Shown here: one piece after another, positions 37,626 through 47,312 of the stretch | How positions within the stretch are numbered: the first letter of the stretch is position 1 | Layout: each line of letters starts with the position of its first letter | Assembly: GCA_964385505.1 (NCBI GenBank) | Contig: CAYLPI010000004.1 | Coordinates: forward strand, 1 to 50,601 | Direction of reading: 5' to 3' | From: an uncultured Bordetella sp. | GTDB lineage: Bacteria > Pseudomonadota > Gammaproteobacteria > Burkholderiales > SG8-39 | DNA: 50,601 nucleotides | Made by a program: the position numbers and the translations under genes | The notes under the pieces: model-generated | What the model was told of the DNA's origin: nothing | What the model saw: the letters and a program-made list of their open reading frames with translations, nothing else | Database searches by the model: none

Positions 37626-37865
37626 CCGTAGGGGACGCCGAGAAGCACAGCGCCCGCAGGAGGTGTCCGGTCCCGCATGTCTGAGCCCCGCGTCCTTTGC
37701 GGGGCGAGTTCGGGACCGGCCCGGGGGCGCGAGCATCGCAGGGCAGTCGCGCAGCGACCGTCACCTTCGGGTCGCCTTTTCTTCGTTAGTTCTTTCGACC
37801 GAAGGAAGTCCCCGGAGGGGATGGCGAAGCAAAAGAAGTGACTCGCCCCCGGCAGGGGGTGAAAC
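37626..37865. repeat. Multi-hairpin intergenic repeat element with a nested 26-bp insertion (37796-37821)
   Basis: Stems ccggtcccg/cgggaccgg, gccccgc/gcggggc, gtcgc/gcgac, ttcttttg/caaaagaa (restored when the insert is removed). Confidence 0.65.
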
Positions 37866-37905
37866 AGTCGCGTTCGGCAAGCTGGGGAAGCATGCCAACT
37901 TTCAC

Positions 37906-38059
37906 CCTCCCTTGCAGGGCGCGCGACCCGTTGCACCGGGTCGCCGTTCGGCGGGCGCGGAGCATGCTCCGCGAGTTCCCCGCCTCCCTTGCAGGGCGCG
38001 CGACCCGTTGCACCGGGTCGCCGTTCGGCGGGCGCGGAGCATGCTCCGCGAGTTCCCCG
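37906..38059. repeat. Perfect 77-bp tandem duplication with internal palindromes
   Basis: Units start at 37906 and 37983; each has gcgacccg/cgggtcgc and the 18-bp palindrome cgcggagcatgctccgcg. Confidence 0.92.
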
Positions 38060-38134
38060 CCTCACCCCTAACCTCTCCGCACGGGGGCGAGGGGATACAT
38101 CGCGAGGGATCGGGTCTCGCGTTAGCGGACTTCC

Positions 38135-38926
38135 CTAGTGGGCGTCCAGAAAAGCTTTAATAATTGCGTTGAAGCCCGCTTCATTCTGCAGGTTCGCAAT
38201 ATGCGCCGCGCCCGGCACCGGCTCGTAGCTCGCACCCGGCACTTTGGCTGCGATACCTTGCATGATGTCGGCCGGGCCGCCGATGCGGTCTTCGGCGCCG
38301 CCGACGAACAGGGCCGGGGTGTTGATGTTCTTCAACTGGTCTTCGAGGTCGAGGCCGCGAAAGGCGGCGACCACGCCAAGGTAGCCTTCCTTGCTGGTGA
38401 TGCGGATCATTGCGCGCACACGATCGATCACTTCGGGGTTGGCGGCCTTGAAATCGTCGGAGAACCAGCGCTGCGCAGTCTGCTCGACAATGGGCTCGAT
38501 GCCGCCGGCGCCGACGGTGTCGGACAGCTTTTGCCACATGGCGTCAAAGTCGGGAACCATCTTGGCGCGGCAGCAGCAGGGGATGAGGCTGATGAGGCGT
38601 TGCGGGTCCTTGATGGCGACCTGCATGGCGACGCAACTGCCGAGGCCGAGGCCGACGAGGTGGGTCTTCTGAATCTTGAGTGCGTTCAACAGCGCGATCA
38701 GGTCGTCACCGAGCGAAGCAATGGAGTAAGGGCCGGGCGTGGACTCGCTCTTGCCCTGGCCGCGCAAGTCGTAGCGCAGCACGCGGTAGTTGCCGGCGAG
38801 CGCCTTGACCTGGCCGTCCCACATGGTGACGTCATTGGCGATACCGGTGACCAGGGTGACGACGGGCGCATCGATGGGGCCGTCGACGCTGTAATGCATT
38901 CTGATGCCGTTTACCTGTGCGTACAT
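38135..38926 (-). CDS. PcaD-like alpha/beta-fold protein lacking the canonical nucleophile Ser
   Basis: MWDGQV, RYDLRGQGKS, elbow GLGLG (not GxSxG), RWFS, AHIAN. Confidence 0.82.
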   Translation of the reverse strand: MYAQVNGIRMHYSVDGPIDAPVVTLVTGIANDVTMWDGQVKALAGNYRVLRYDLRGQGKSESTPGPYSIASLGDDLIALLNALKIQKTHLVGLGLGSCVAMQVAIKDPQRLISLIPCCCRAKMVPDFDAMWQKLSDTVGAGGIEPIVEQTAQRWFSDDFKAANPEVIDRVRAMIRITSKEGYLGVVAAFRGLDLEDQLKNINTPALFVGGAEDRIGGPADIMQGIAAKVPGASYEPVPGAAHIANLQNEAGFNAIIKAFLDAH

Positions 38927-38984
38927 GGAATGGTCACCGGGAAAATAGGTTGTAAGGGCCGAAGGTGCGCGTCAGCATCGCTGG

Positions 38985-39051
38985 TGTCATTCCGAGCGCA
39001 GCGAGGGATCTGTTGTTGAAGAGCAGATTCCTCGCTGCGCTCGGAATGACA
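38985..39051. repeat. REP-like palindromic element
   Basis: tgtcattccgagcgcagcgagggatct / agattcctcgctgcgctcggaatgaca. Confidence 0.88.
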
Positions 39052-39091
39052 AGCTGTGGCAGGTTCATGTTGAAACGGGTATTCAGCTGCG

Positions 39092-39928
39092 CTACGACTG
39101 CTCGTTCATGAACTTGACCAGCGCGGCGGCGATGGCCGGCTCGTGCTCTTTCCAGCCGGAGAATTGTATGACCGGCACGTCCTGGTCTTCGACCGGCAGG
39201 CGGAGTAGTTGCGCGCCGGGAACGAGCTGGTGCACGGCAAGACCGCTTTTCAGCGAGTGGGTCTTGTCGTTGCCGGGAATGACGATGACCGGCTTGTTGA
39301 TGGCGCGCAATTCGTCTTCGCCGATGGCGATCAGCGGTTCCTTTGGGCCGGCCATGAAAATTTCCAGCCATTTTTTCATGACGCGGATGAATTCGGGCGG
39401 GTCCATGGCCATCATGCGCGTGCCGATGGCCGGGTTGGCGGCGATGCGCTCCTTGTATATTTCGGTAGCACAGACCGCGGCCATACCGCCGCTTTCGGCG
39501 GCGCGTATGTACTGGCCGTAATAGTTTTCGGGCAGGCGGCCGGCGGCGAATGGGCCGCCCGTGCATTGCATCAATAACAGACCGCGCACCGCTTCGGGAT
39601 GGCGGCGATGGAGCAGCAACGAAGTGCGCGAGCCCGACGAGGCGCCGCCGATAAAGGCCGGCAACGCGCCAAGCTGCGTCAGCAGCAGGTGCAGGTCGTC
39701 GGCCCAGATCGCCTCTTCGCCCTCGTCGCCGGCAATGAGGATGTCCGAGGCGCCGGTGTTGCGCCTGTCATGCAGCACGACGCGAAAGCCGGCCCTGGCG
39801 ATGAGCCCGGCGAGATCGACGAACTCGGAATGATCGCGCCGGCCGCCGGTAACCAGCGCCAGCCACGGGCCTTGTTCGCCGATGATCTTGTAATTGATCT
39901 TGACGCCACGGATTTCAGCGATGGGCAC
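39092..39928 (-). CDS. Alpha/beta hydrolase
   Basis: GTG start with GGAG RBS; HDRRNTGAS, GASSG elbow. Confidence 0.82.
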   Translation of the reverse strand: MPIAEIRGVKINYKIIGEQGPWLALVTGGRRDHSEFVDLAGLIARAGFRVVLHDRRNTGASDILIAGDEGEEAIWADDLHLLLTQLGALPAFIGGASSGSRTSLLLHRRHPEAVRGLLLMQCTGGPFAAGRLPENYYGQYIRAAESGGMAAVCATEIYKERIAANPAIGTRMMAMDPPEFIRVMKKWLEIFMAGPKEPLIAIGEDELRAINKPVIVIPGNDKTHSLKSGLAVHQLVPGAQLLRLPVEDQDVPVIQFSGWKEHEPAIAAALVKFMNEQS

Positions 39929-40119
39929 GGACTTTTCTCCTGGGAGAATGCCGGCGCGATGGGCCGGCACGTTGGCGGGAATTCTTCGCGACCGATTATA
40001 TGGGTTCCGTAGAACTTGCACTCATTCGCGATAGCGAATAAGTGCCGTTCTCACCCTGTCCCGCGGGAGAGGGTGGCGGCTTCGCGACGCTCGTTCGGCC
40101 GGTGTTAAAGTTGCGCACC

Positions 40120-40818
40120 GTGAAACTATCGCAAATCCTTTTTTCCCAGGGCTTCGGCACGCGCCGCGAATGCGCCGGCCTGATCGCATCTGGACAGGTC
40201 ACCATCGCCGGTGCCGTGTGCGACGACCCCGACCATGATGTGGCAACCGACGGACTCGCCTTTGGCGTGCGCGGCGAGTTGTGGCAATACCATGCCAGGG
40301 CGCTGGTGCTGCTCAACAAGCCGGCCGGTTATGAGTGTTCGCAAAAGCCCAAGCACCATGCCAGCGTCTACAGCCTGCTGCCGGCGCCCTTGCGCAACCG
40401 CGAGGTGCAGGCGGTCGGGCGGCTGGATGAGGACACCACAGGGTTGTTGCTGCTGACCGACGACGGCCAGCTCATTCACAAACTCACTTCACCCAGGCAC
40501 CATGTGCCCAAGGTCTATGACATCGATTGCGCCGAAGCAGTGAACGAGGCGCAGGTGAAGATGCTGCTCGATGGCGTAATGCTCAGCGACGAGCGCACAC
40601 CGGTGCGCGCGGCGGCCTGCGAGATGCTCGGCGACAAGCGCCTGCGCCTGACGCTGACCGAGGGCAAGTATCACCAGGTCAAGCGCATGCTGGCGGCGGC
40701 CGGCAACAGCGTGACGGCCTTGCATCGCAGCGCCTTTGGTGCGCTGCTGTTGCCCGAAGATCTCGCGCCGGGGCAGTGGCGCTGGCTGCCGGGGCCGGAG
40801 GTGTTGTACCTGCTATGA
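40120..40818 (+). CDS. rsuA: RsuA-family 16S rRNA pseudouridine synthase
   Basis: S4-like N-terminus, LNKPAGY, GRLDEDTTGLLLLTDDG, EGKYHQVKRM. Confidence 0.9.
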   Translation: MKLSQILFSQGFGTRRECAGLIASGQVTIAGAVCDDPDHDVATDGLAFGVRGELWQYHARALVLLNKPAGYECSQKPKHHASVYSLLPAPLRNREVQAVGRLDEDTTGLLLLTDDGQLIHKLTSPRHHVPKVYDIDCAEAVNEAQVKMLLDGVMLSDERTPVRAAACEMLGDKRLRLTLTEGKYHQVKRMLAAAGNSVTALHRSAFGALLLPEDLAPGQWRWLPGPEVLYLL

Positions 40819-41126
40819 GCCGTTACCCTCGTTACCTGCCACCCGTGGCCGTGCCGTTCATTGCGCAAGAAGCCCGGTTGCACGGTTAAAGCATAACTTC
40901 GGCGGTAGGCACGTCTGCCTCTGACCCAAATTGGTGGCGGGCGACAGCAGCAAGACGGCCCTGCGCCGACAGGGCGCCCGCATCATTTCAGGCGGCGCAC
41001 GCCGACGCCATGCGGGTGCCCGAACCCGCTACAATCAACGCGCTACAATCGGCGTGTCAAAAAAACCGGCGGCTAAGATGCCGGCGACGGGCGGTGCTGC
41101 GTAACCATTCAAGGACGAGGTTAAAC

Positions 41127-42347
41127 ATGAATACATTGCCATTTCCAAGAAACGCCGCTTCACAGGCGGTGCGCCTGACACATGAATCGGCGCTGGCTGC
41201 AGCCGCTGCGATCGCGCCGCGCCTCGCAGAGCGCGCCGCCGAATGCGAGCGTCTGCGCCGCATGCCGGACGCCACCGTTGCCGAGTTGCATGCCTCCGGC
41301 CTGATGCGCCTGATGCAACCGACGCGCTTCGGCGGTTCGGAACTCGGACTCGACACGCTGATGCATGTGGTGCTCGAGCTGTGCAAGGGCTGCGCGTCAA
41401 CGGCCTGGATTTACTCCAACCTCGCATCGCATTCCTGGAATATCGGGCAAATGGACTTGCAGGCGCAGGAGGACATGTGGCGCGACGACCCGGACGCGAT
41501 TGCTGCAACGGGGCTGGCCTTCCCCTGCGGCAAGGCGACGCCGGTCGAGGGTGGATACCGGCTTACCGGGCGCTGGCCCTTTGGCAGCGGCATCGACGCG
41601 TCGGGCTGGATTTTTGTCGGTGGTATGGCTGAACAAGCGGGCGGCGCACCGGAGCGGCGCTTTTTCCTGGTGCCGCAGGCCGATTTCGTGAGCCTCGACA
41701 ACTGGCAGGCTTTCGGCCTGACCGGCACCGGCAGCCATGACGTCGAAATCAAGGAGGCCTTCGTGCCGGTGCATCGCAGCATCTCAGCCGAAATATTCGC
41801 CGCGGGCCAGAACGTGCCGGGGGCGAAACTCTACAAGAACCGCCTGTTCCAGATGCCGGTGTTCGCGGCGTTTGCCTATGTGCTGTCGATCGTGCCGCTG
41901 GGTACCGCCAAAGCGGCGGTGGAACAATTCACCAAGGGCATGCGCCAGCGTGCCGGCACTTATACCGGCGTGCGCGTGGCCGAACTGAGCTCGGTGCAGG
42001 CGCGCATCGCCGAGGCCGCGGCTTGCGTCGAGTTCGCCGAAACCGTGCTGCGCAACGACTGGCAGGAGCTTGAGGCGAGCGTCGAGCGCGGCCAGTTCCC
42101 CAGCATTGAAACCAAATTGCGCTGGAAGCGTAACGCCGCGTTTGCGACACAGCTTTCAGTGCGCGCCATCGACGCGCTGATGCCCGCAGCGGGCGCCGGC
42201 GGCTTGTCGCTGCACCTGCCGCTGCAACGGCAGTTTCGCGATATCCATGCCGCGTCATCGCATATCGCCCTGACCTGGGACGTGCACGCCGCAGCCTACG
42301 GCCAGAGTGCGCTCGGCCTGCAGCCGCAGGGCGGCTTGCTGCTCTAG
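41127..42347 (+). CDS. Acyl-CoA-dehydrogenase-fold flavin-dependent monooxygenase (HsaA/IacA-like)
   Basis: RLMQPTRFGG, CASTAW, GRWPFGSG, WQAFGLTGTGS, QRQFRDIHA. Confidence 0.88.
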   Translation: MNTLPFPRNAASQAVRLTHESALAAAAAIAPRLAERAAECERLRRMPDATVAELHASGLMRLMQPTRFGGSELGLDTLMHVVLELCKGCASTAWIYSNLASHSWNIGQMDLQAQEDMWRDDPDAIAATGLAFPCGKATPVEGGYRLTGRWPFGSGIDASGWIFVGGMAEQAGGAPERRFFLVPQADFVSLDNWQAFGLTGTGSHDVEIKEAFVPVHRSISAEIFAAGQNVPGAKLYKNRLFQMPVFAAFAYVLSIVPLGTAKAAVEQFTKGMRQRAGTYTGVRVAELSSVQARIAEAAACVEFAETVLRNDWQELEASVERGQFPSIETKLRWKRNAAFATQLSVRAIDALMPAAGAGGLSLHLPLQRQFRDIHAASSHIALTWDVHAAAYGQSALGLQPQGGLLL

Positions 42348-42360
42348 GCACCGCCTACCG

Positions 42361-43254
42361 ATGGAGTTTCACGTTTACGACCCGCGCTTCAACGCGCTCG
42401 TCATCCCGCCCGCCGCGCTGGAAAAACTGTGGACCGGCGGACGCTGGACCGAGGGACCGGCGTGGTTTGGCGACAGCCGCACGCTGCTCTTTTCCGACAT
42501 TCCCAACGATCGCATGCTGCAATGGGTAGAGGGTCTGGGCGTGCGCGAATTCCGCGCGCCCGCGCACTACAGCAACGGCAATACGCGCGACCGTGAAGGC
42601 CGGCTTGTAAGCTGCGAGCACGGCCGGCGCTGCGTCAGCCGCACCGAAACCGATGGCCGCGTCACGGTGCTGGTCGATCGCTACCAGGGCAAGCGCCTCA
42701 ATTCACCCAATGACCTGGTGGTCAAATCAGACGGCACGATCTGGTTCACCGACCCGTCTTACGGCATCGATTCGGACTACGAAGGCCTCAAGGCCGAGGG
42801 CGAGATCGGCGCCTGCAATGTCTATCGCTTTGCTCCGGCCGATGCGTCATTGACCATTGTGGCGGACGATTTTGTACGCCCCAACGGCATTGCCTTTGCG
42901 CCGGATGAACAAACCCTTTATGTCGCCGACAGCAGCCGCACCCACGACCCCGAGGGCAAACGCCATATCCGCGCGTTCGATGTAATCGAGGGCAAACGCC
43001 TCACCGGGGGGCGCCTGTTCACCGAGGTCAGCCCGGCGTTTCCGGACGGCTTTCGCTGCGACACGACGGGCAATGTCTGGTGCAGCTCGGGCGACGGCGT
43101 GCAGGTGTTTGCACCCGACGGTACGCGCCTCGGGAAGATTGCCTTGCCCGAGCAGGTGTCCAACCTGTGTTTTGGCGGCGCGAAGAAGAACCGCTTGTTC
43201 ATCACCGCGACGACGTCGCTGTATTCGCTGTACGTCAATGTGAAAGGCGCATAG
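42361..43254 (+). CDS. SMP-30/gluconolactonase family protein
   Basis: WTEGPAW, FSDIPN, SNGN, NSPND, PNGIAF, PDGFRCD. Confidence 0.92.
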   Translation: MEFHVYDPRFNALVIPPAALEKLWTGGRWTEGPAWFGDSRTLLFSDIPNDRMLQWVEGLGVREFRAPAHYSNGNTRDREGRLVSCEHGRRCVSRTETDGRVTVLVDRYQGKRLNSPNDLVVKSDGTIWFTDPSYGIDSDYEGLKAEGEIGACNVYRFAPADASLTIVADDFVRPNGIAFAPDEQTLYVADSSRTHDPEGKRHIRAFDVIEGKRLTGGRLFTEVSPAFPDGFRCDTTGNVWCSSGDGVQVFAPDGTRLGKIALPEQVSNLCFGGAKKNRLFITATTSLYSLYVNVKGA

Positions 43255-43301
43255 CCGCAGCACGCAATCGCATCACGCCGCAACAATACAAAGGAGGGAA
43301 C

Positions 43302-43763
43302 ATGCCAGTCACCGAATTGAACCACTATTTTGTGCGCGCCAACGACCTCGAACGCACCAAGGATTTTTACGTCAAGGCGCTGGGCTTTGATGTCATGCCG
43401 CGGCCGAACTTTCCGTTCAAGGGGTACTGGCTGGGCGTCAACGGCAACATCCAGGTGCACATGGGCCAGGCCGGCATCGACAATGAGGGGCTTTATTACC
43501 TCGGCACAACGCCCAAATCGGCCAAGGACAATTCGGGCACCATAGACCACATCGCCTTTCTTGCCACCGACCCGCAGGCCTTTCTCGACCGCTTCAGGCA
43601 AATGGGCGTCGGCGTTCGGCCGCGCAGCCTGCCCGAGTTCGAGCTCTATCAGCTGTTCATAGAAGATCCGGACGGCCTAACCGTAGAGCTCAATTTCCAG
43701 GGTATCAAGGACGCGCCCGACTGGGGCGGCGAAAACTATGCGGCCATGCCACGCGTTTCATAG
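43302..43763 (+). CDS. VOC (glyoxalase/extradiol dioxygenase superfamily) protein
   Basis: ELNHY, FYVKALG, QVHM, DHIAF, EDPDGLTVELN; strong RBS. Confidence 0.88.
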   Translation: MPVTELNHYFVRANDLERTKDFYVKALGFDVMPRPNFPFKGYWLGVNGNIQVHMGQAGIDNEGLYYLGTTPKSAKDNSGTIDHIAFLATDPQAFLDRFRQMGVGVRPRSLPEFELYQLFIEDPDGLTVELNFQGIKDAPDWGGENYAAMPRVS

Positions 43764-43772
43764 CGTTCCGGA

Positions 43773-44981
43773 ATGAACGCCCCCGTCGGCACCACCCCGG
43801 GCTTCGCCGGCGTCAGCCTGGACGAGGCGGTCCGTCGCGCACGTGAGCTGGTGCCGGCGCTGCGCGCGCGTGCGAACGACGCCGACGCGGCACGCGCCAT
43901 GCTGCCCGACACCGAGGCCGACCTGCACCGCACCGGCCTGTTTCGCTTCATGCAGCCGGCGCGTTACGGCGGCATGGAGCTTGACTATGTGTCGTTTTTT
44001 GACGTGCCGGCCGAAATCGGGCGCGGTTGCGCCTCGACCGGCTGGAATGTCGCCAACCTCGGCATTCATCACTGGATGCTGGCACTGTACGACGAGCGCG
44101 CCCAGGATGAAGTCTGGGGCGACAACCCGGAGGCGCTGATTGCCTCGGGCATCGCCTATCCGCAGGGGCGCGGCCGCAGGGTCGATGGCGGCTTTGTCAT
44201 CAGCGGGCGCTGGAATTTTTCCAGTGGCGTCGATGTCAGCGAATGGAACATGCTGGCGGCGATGATCCGTGACGGCGACACCGTCACCGATTACCGCATG
44301 TGCCTGCTGCACAAATCCCAGTACGAGGTGATAGACGACTGGCACGTGCTGGGCATGCGCAGCACCGGCAGCAAGACCGTGGTCGCCAACGAAGTGTTGG
44401 TGCCCGAACATCGCGCGCTGTGCACGCTGGATGCGCGCGGCGGCGGCGGCTTTCCGGGCGCGCGCGCCAACCCGCACCCGGCCTATCGCGTGCCGATGTC
44501 CTCGCTCGGGGCACACGGCATAGGCGGGGCGGCCGCGGGCAACGCACAGGCCGCGCTGGAACTGACCATTGCGACTGTGAGGGAGCGCAGCACCAGCTAT
44601 ACCGCGTCAAAAATGCGCGACTTCCAGGCGGTGCAATTGCGCGTCGGCGCGGCCAGCGCAAAAATCGACGCGGCGACGCTGATGATGCGCACCGACTGCA
44701 TCGAAGGCCAGGCCATCGCGGCGCAAGGCCTGGTGCCCGACGCCGCGACCAAGCTGCGCTTCAAGCGCAACCTCGCCTACGGCGTGCAATTGTGCACCGA
44801 GGCGGTGGACCTGCTGCACAGCATGGCCGGCGCCAACGGTATTTACGACCACTATCCGATACAGCGTATTTTTCGTGACGCGCACGCCCTCGCCGGGCAT
44901 TTCAGTTTCAGCTTCGACGCGCAGGTCTCGGCCTGGGGCCTGGTGGCGCTGGGCGGCGAAGCCGGTAGTCCGACGCTTTAA
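43773..44981 (+). CDS. Second ACAD-fold flavin-dependent monooxygenase
   Basis: RFMQPARYGG, GCASTGW, GRWNFSSG, WHVLGMRSTGS, QRIFRDAH. Confidence 0.88.
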   Translation: MNAPVGTTPGFAGVSLDEAVRRARELVPALRARANDADAARAMLPDTEADLHRTGLFRFMQPARYGGMELDYVSFFDVPAEIGRGCASTGWNVANLGIHHWMLALYDERAQDEVWGDNPEALIASGIAYPQGRGRRVDGGFVISGRWNFSSGVDVSEWNMLAAMIRDGDTVTDYRMCLLHKSQYEVIDDWHVLGMRSTGSKTVVANEVLVPEHRALCTLDARGGGGFPGARANPHPAYRVPMSSLGAHGIGGAAAGNAQAALELTIATVRERSTSYTASKMRDFQAVQLRVGAASAKIDAATLMMRTDCIEGQAIAAQGLVPDAATKLRFKRNLAYGVQLCTEAVDLLHSMAGANGIYDHYPIQRIFRDAHALAGHFSFSFDAQVSAWGLVALGGEAGSPTL

Positions 44982-44995
44982 CCCGGGAGTTTGCC

Positions 44996-45808
44996 GTGAC
45001 ACGCAAGATCATCGACCTGTCCATTTATCTGGAAAACGACGTGGTGTCGGACCCGCCTGCATTCGGGCCCAGGATCACCTATATGGACCACGAAACGACG
45101 TTTCCACAAATGGCGCCGTTTTTCCCCGGCCTGAAAAAGGAAGACCTGCCCGACGGCGCCGCCTGGGCCATCGAAAAAGTCGAGCTGATCACCCACAACG
45201 GCACCCACCTCGATGCGCCCTATCATTTTCATCCGACCATGAACGCCAGTACGGGCAAGCCCGAACGCGCGATCAGCATTGATGAAGTCGATCTCAACTG
45301 GTGTTTCCAGCCCGGCGTGAAACTGGATTTCCGCCACCTGCCCGACGGCTATGTCGTCACCGCCGATGATGTCGAAAAGGAATTGCAGCGCATCGGACAC
45401 ACGCTCAAGCCCCTGGAGATTGTTGTCGTCAACACCGGCGCCGGCGTGCGCTACGGCCACAACGACTATGTCAGCGCCGGTTGCGGCATGGGTTACGCCG
45501 CGACCATGTACCTGCTCGAGCGCGGCGTGCGGCTCACCGGCACCGACGCCTGGAGCTGGGATGCGCCCTTTGTCCATACCGCCGAAAAATACAAACAGAC
45601 CGGTGATGCCAGCCTGATCTGGGAGGGGCACAAAGCCGGCCGCGATATCGGCTACTGCCACCTTGAAAAACTGCACAACCTGGAAGCGCTGCCCGACGAT
45701 GGTTTTATTGTCTCGTGCTTTCCGCACAAGATTCGCGGGGCTTCGGCCGGCTGGACGCGCGCCGTGGCCATTGTTGACGACAGGTTGTTCGCAGCGGCGA
45801 CGGCCTGA
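44996..45808 (+). CDS. Cyclase-family metal-dependent hydrolase (kynurenine formamidase-like)
   Basis: HNGTHLDAPYH motif, GTDAWSWD, HLEKL. Confidence 0.9.
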   Translation: MTRKIIDLSIYLENDVVSDPPAFGPRITYMDHETTFPQMAPFFPGLKKEDLPDGAAWAIEKVELITHNGTHLDAPYHFHPTMNASTGKPERAISIDEVDLNWCFQPGVKLDFRHLPDGYVVTADDVEKELQRIGHTLKPLEIVVVNTGAGVRYGHNDYVSAGCGMGYAATMYLLERGVRLTGTDAWSWDAPFVHTAEKYKQTGDASLIWEGHKAGRDIGYCHLEKLHNLEALPDDGFIVSCFPHKIRGASAGWTRAVAIVDDRLFAAATA

Positions 45809-45832
45809 GCGCCGCCCCGGCGGTCGCCGGGA

Positions 45833-46600
45833 TCAGGCCGCCGAACCGAGGTAATAATTCTTCACCAGGTCGTTGTTCTGCAACTCGGCTACCTTGCCCT
45901 CAAACACAATTTCGCCATGAACAATGATGTAGCCGCGATCGACAATGCGGATGGCCTGGTGGAAATTCTGCTCGGCGATGAGTACGGTGAGGCCGTACTT
46001 GTCCTTTAATTCCTTGATCGTGGTGATGGTGGTCGAAACCAGCAGCGGCGACAGGCCGACCGAGGGTTCGTCCACCAGCAACAGCCGCGGCGAGGACATC
46101 AGCGCGCGCGCAATCGCCAGCATTTGCTGCTGGCCGCCGGACATCGAGCCGGCAAGCTGGTTGCGCCGCTCCTTGAGCACCGGAAAGGCCTCGAAGCTGA
46201 ACGCCAGGTTCTTGGCGATGTGCGGGCGCGCCGCCGGCCGGAAGGCACCGAGCAGCAGGTTCTCTTCCACAGTCAGTTTGGGAAACAGGCGCCGGCCTTC
46301 GGGAACGATGGCCACACCGAGGTTGACAATCTCTTCGGTGGACAGGCGCGCGAGGTCGTGGCGCGCACCGTCGAGCTCCAGCTCCAGCGTGCCGCGGGTC
46401 GGCCGCACCATGCCCATCAGGCATTTCATCAGCGTGCTCTTGCCGTTGCCGTTGGTGCCGAGCAGGGCCACGGTCTCGCCCAAGTCAATGTCCATCGACA
46501 GCCCGTGCAACGCGCGCACTGCACCGTAGCCGGCATCGACGTCGCGCACCGAAAGCCGCAGTGATTGTGCGTCAGACGCCAAGATAAGCCCTTTGTACAT
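45833..46600 (-). CDS. LivF-like ABC ATP-binding protein (start may be TTG 46582)
   Basis: GTNGNGKST, MSGGQQQM, LVDEPS. Confidence 0.92.
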   Translation of the reverse strand: MYKGLILASDAQSLRLSVRDVDAGYGAVRALHGLSMDIDLGETVALLGTNGNGKSTLMKCLMGMVRPTRGTLELELDGARHDLARLSTEEIVNLGVAIVPEGRRLFPKLTVEENLLLGAFRPAARPHIAKNLAFSFEAFPVLKERRNQLAGSMSGGQQQMLAIARALMSSPRLLLVDEPSVGLSPLLVSTTITTIKELKDKYGLTVLIAEQNFHQAIRIVDRGYIIVHGEIVFEGKVAELQNNDLVKNYYLGSAA

Positions 46601-47312
46601 TGGGGTCCTGCACGATGGATTCGGGCGTGCCCTGGCAGATGATGGCACCCGCGTCGAGGCAGATCACGCGCTGAGAAAAACGCATCACCGCCTGCATGAT
46701 GTGTTCGATCATGATGATGGTGATGCCGGTGTCGTTGAGTTTGAACAGGATGTCGAGCACCTCGGTCACTTCGTTGCCCGACAGCCCGGCCATGGCCTCG
46801 TCCGAGATCAGCAGTTTGGGCCGCGCCGCCATCGCCCGCGCCAGCTCCATTTTGCGCAACTCGACCTGCGACAACTGGCTGGAGGCGGTGTCGGCCTTGT
46901 CGGCAAGCCCCATGCCCTCGAGAATGTGCATCGCCTCGGCGTGCGTATCAGCCTTGTGCAGCGAGCCGCGATGCGCGACAAATTCCAGCGGTACGATCAG
47001 GTTTTCGACCACCGACATGCTTTTGAACGGCCGCGGGATCTGGAAGCTGCGGGCGATGCCGCGGCGCGTGCGCTGGTAGGCGGGAAGGCCGGAAATCTCC
47101 TCGCCGGCAAAGCGTATGCTGCCGCCGTCATTGCGCAGCGCGCCGGAAATGCAGTTGATCAGCGTGGTCTTGCCCGAGCCGTTCGGGCCGATCAGGCCAA
47201 AGCGCTCGCCGCGCGCGACCTCGATACTGACCTGTGACAACGCGGCAAAGCCGCCAAAGTTTTTCGACACGCCGTCGACGTGCAACAGGGTTTCAGGCAC
47301 GGCGACGCTCAT
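46572..47312 (-). CDS. LivG-like ABC ATP-binding protein
   Basis: GPNGSGKTT, RSFQIPRPF, DEAMAGL, IEH, AYLG. Confidence 0.92.
   Translation of the reverse strand: MSVAVPETLLHVDGVSKNFGGFAALSQVSIEVARGERFGLIGPNGSGKTTLINCISGALRNDGGSIRFAGEEISGLPAYQRTRRGIARSFQIPRPFKSMSVVENLIVPLEFVAHRGSLHKADTHAEAMHILEGMGLADKADTASSQLSQVELRKMELARAMAARPKLLISDEAMAGLSGNEVTEVLDILFKLNDTGITIIMIEHIMQAVMRFSQRVICLDAGAIICQGTPESIVQDPNVQRAYLGV

Noticed and set aside
37906-38059. CRISPR array
   Set aside because: Two adjacent 77-bp units with no spacers and no cas genes.
37468-38160. Several ORFs of 75-211 aa over the repeat patch
   Set aside because: They are translations of palindromic and tandem repeats without protein-like features.
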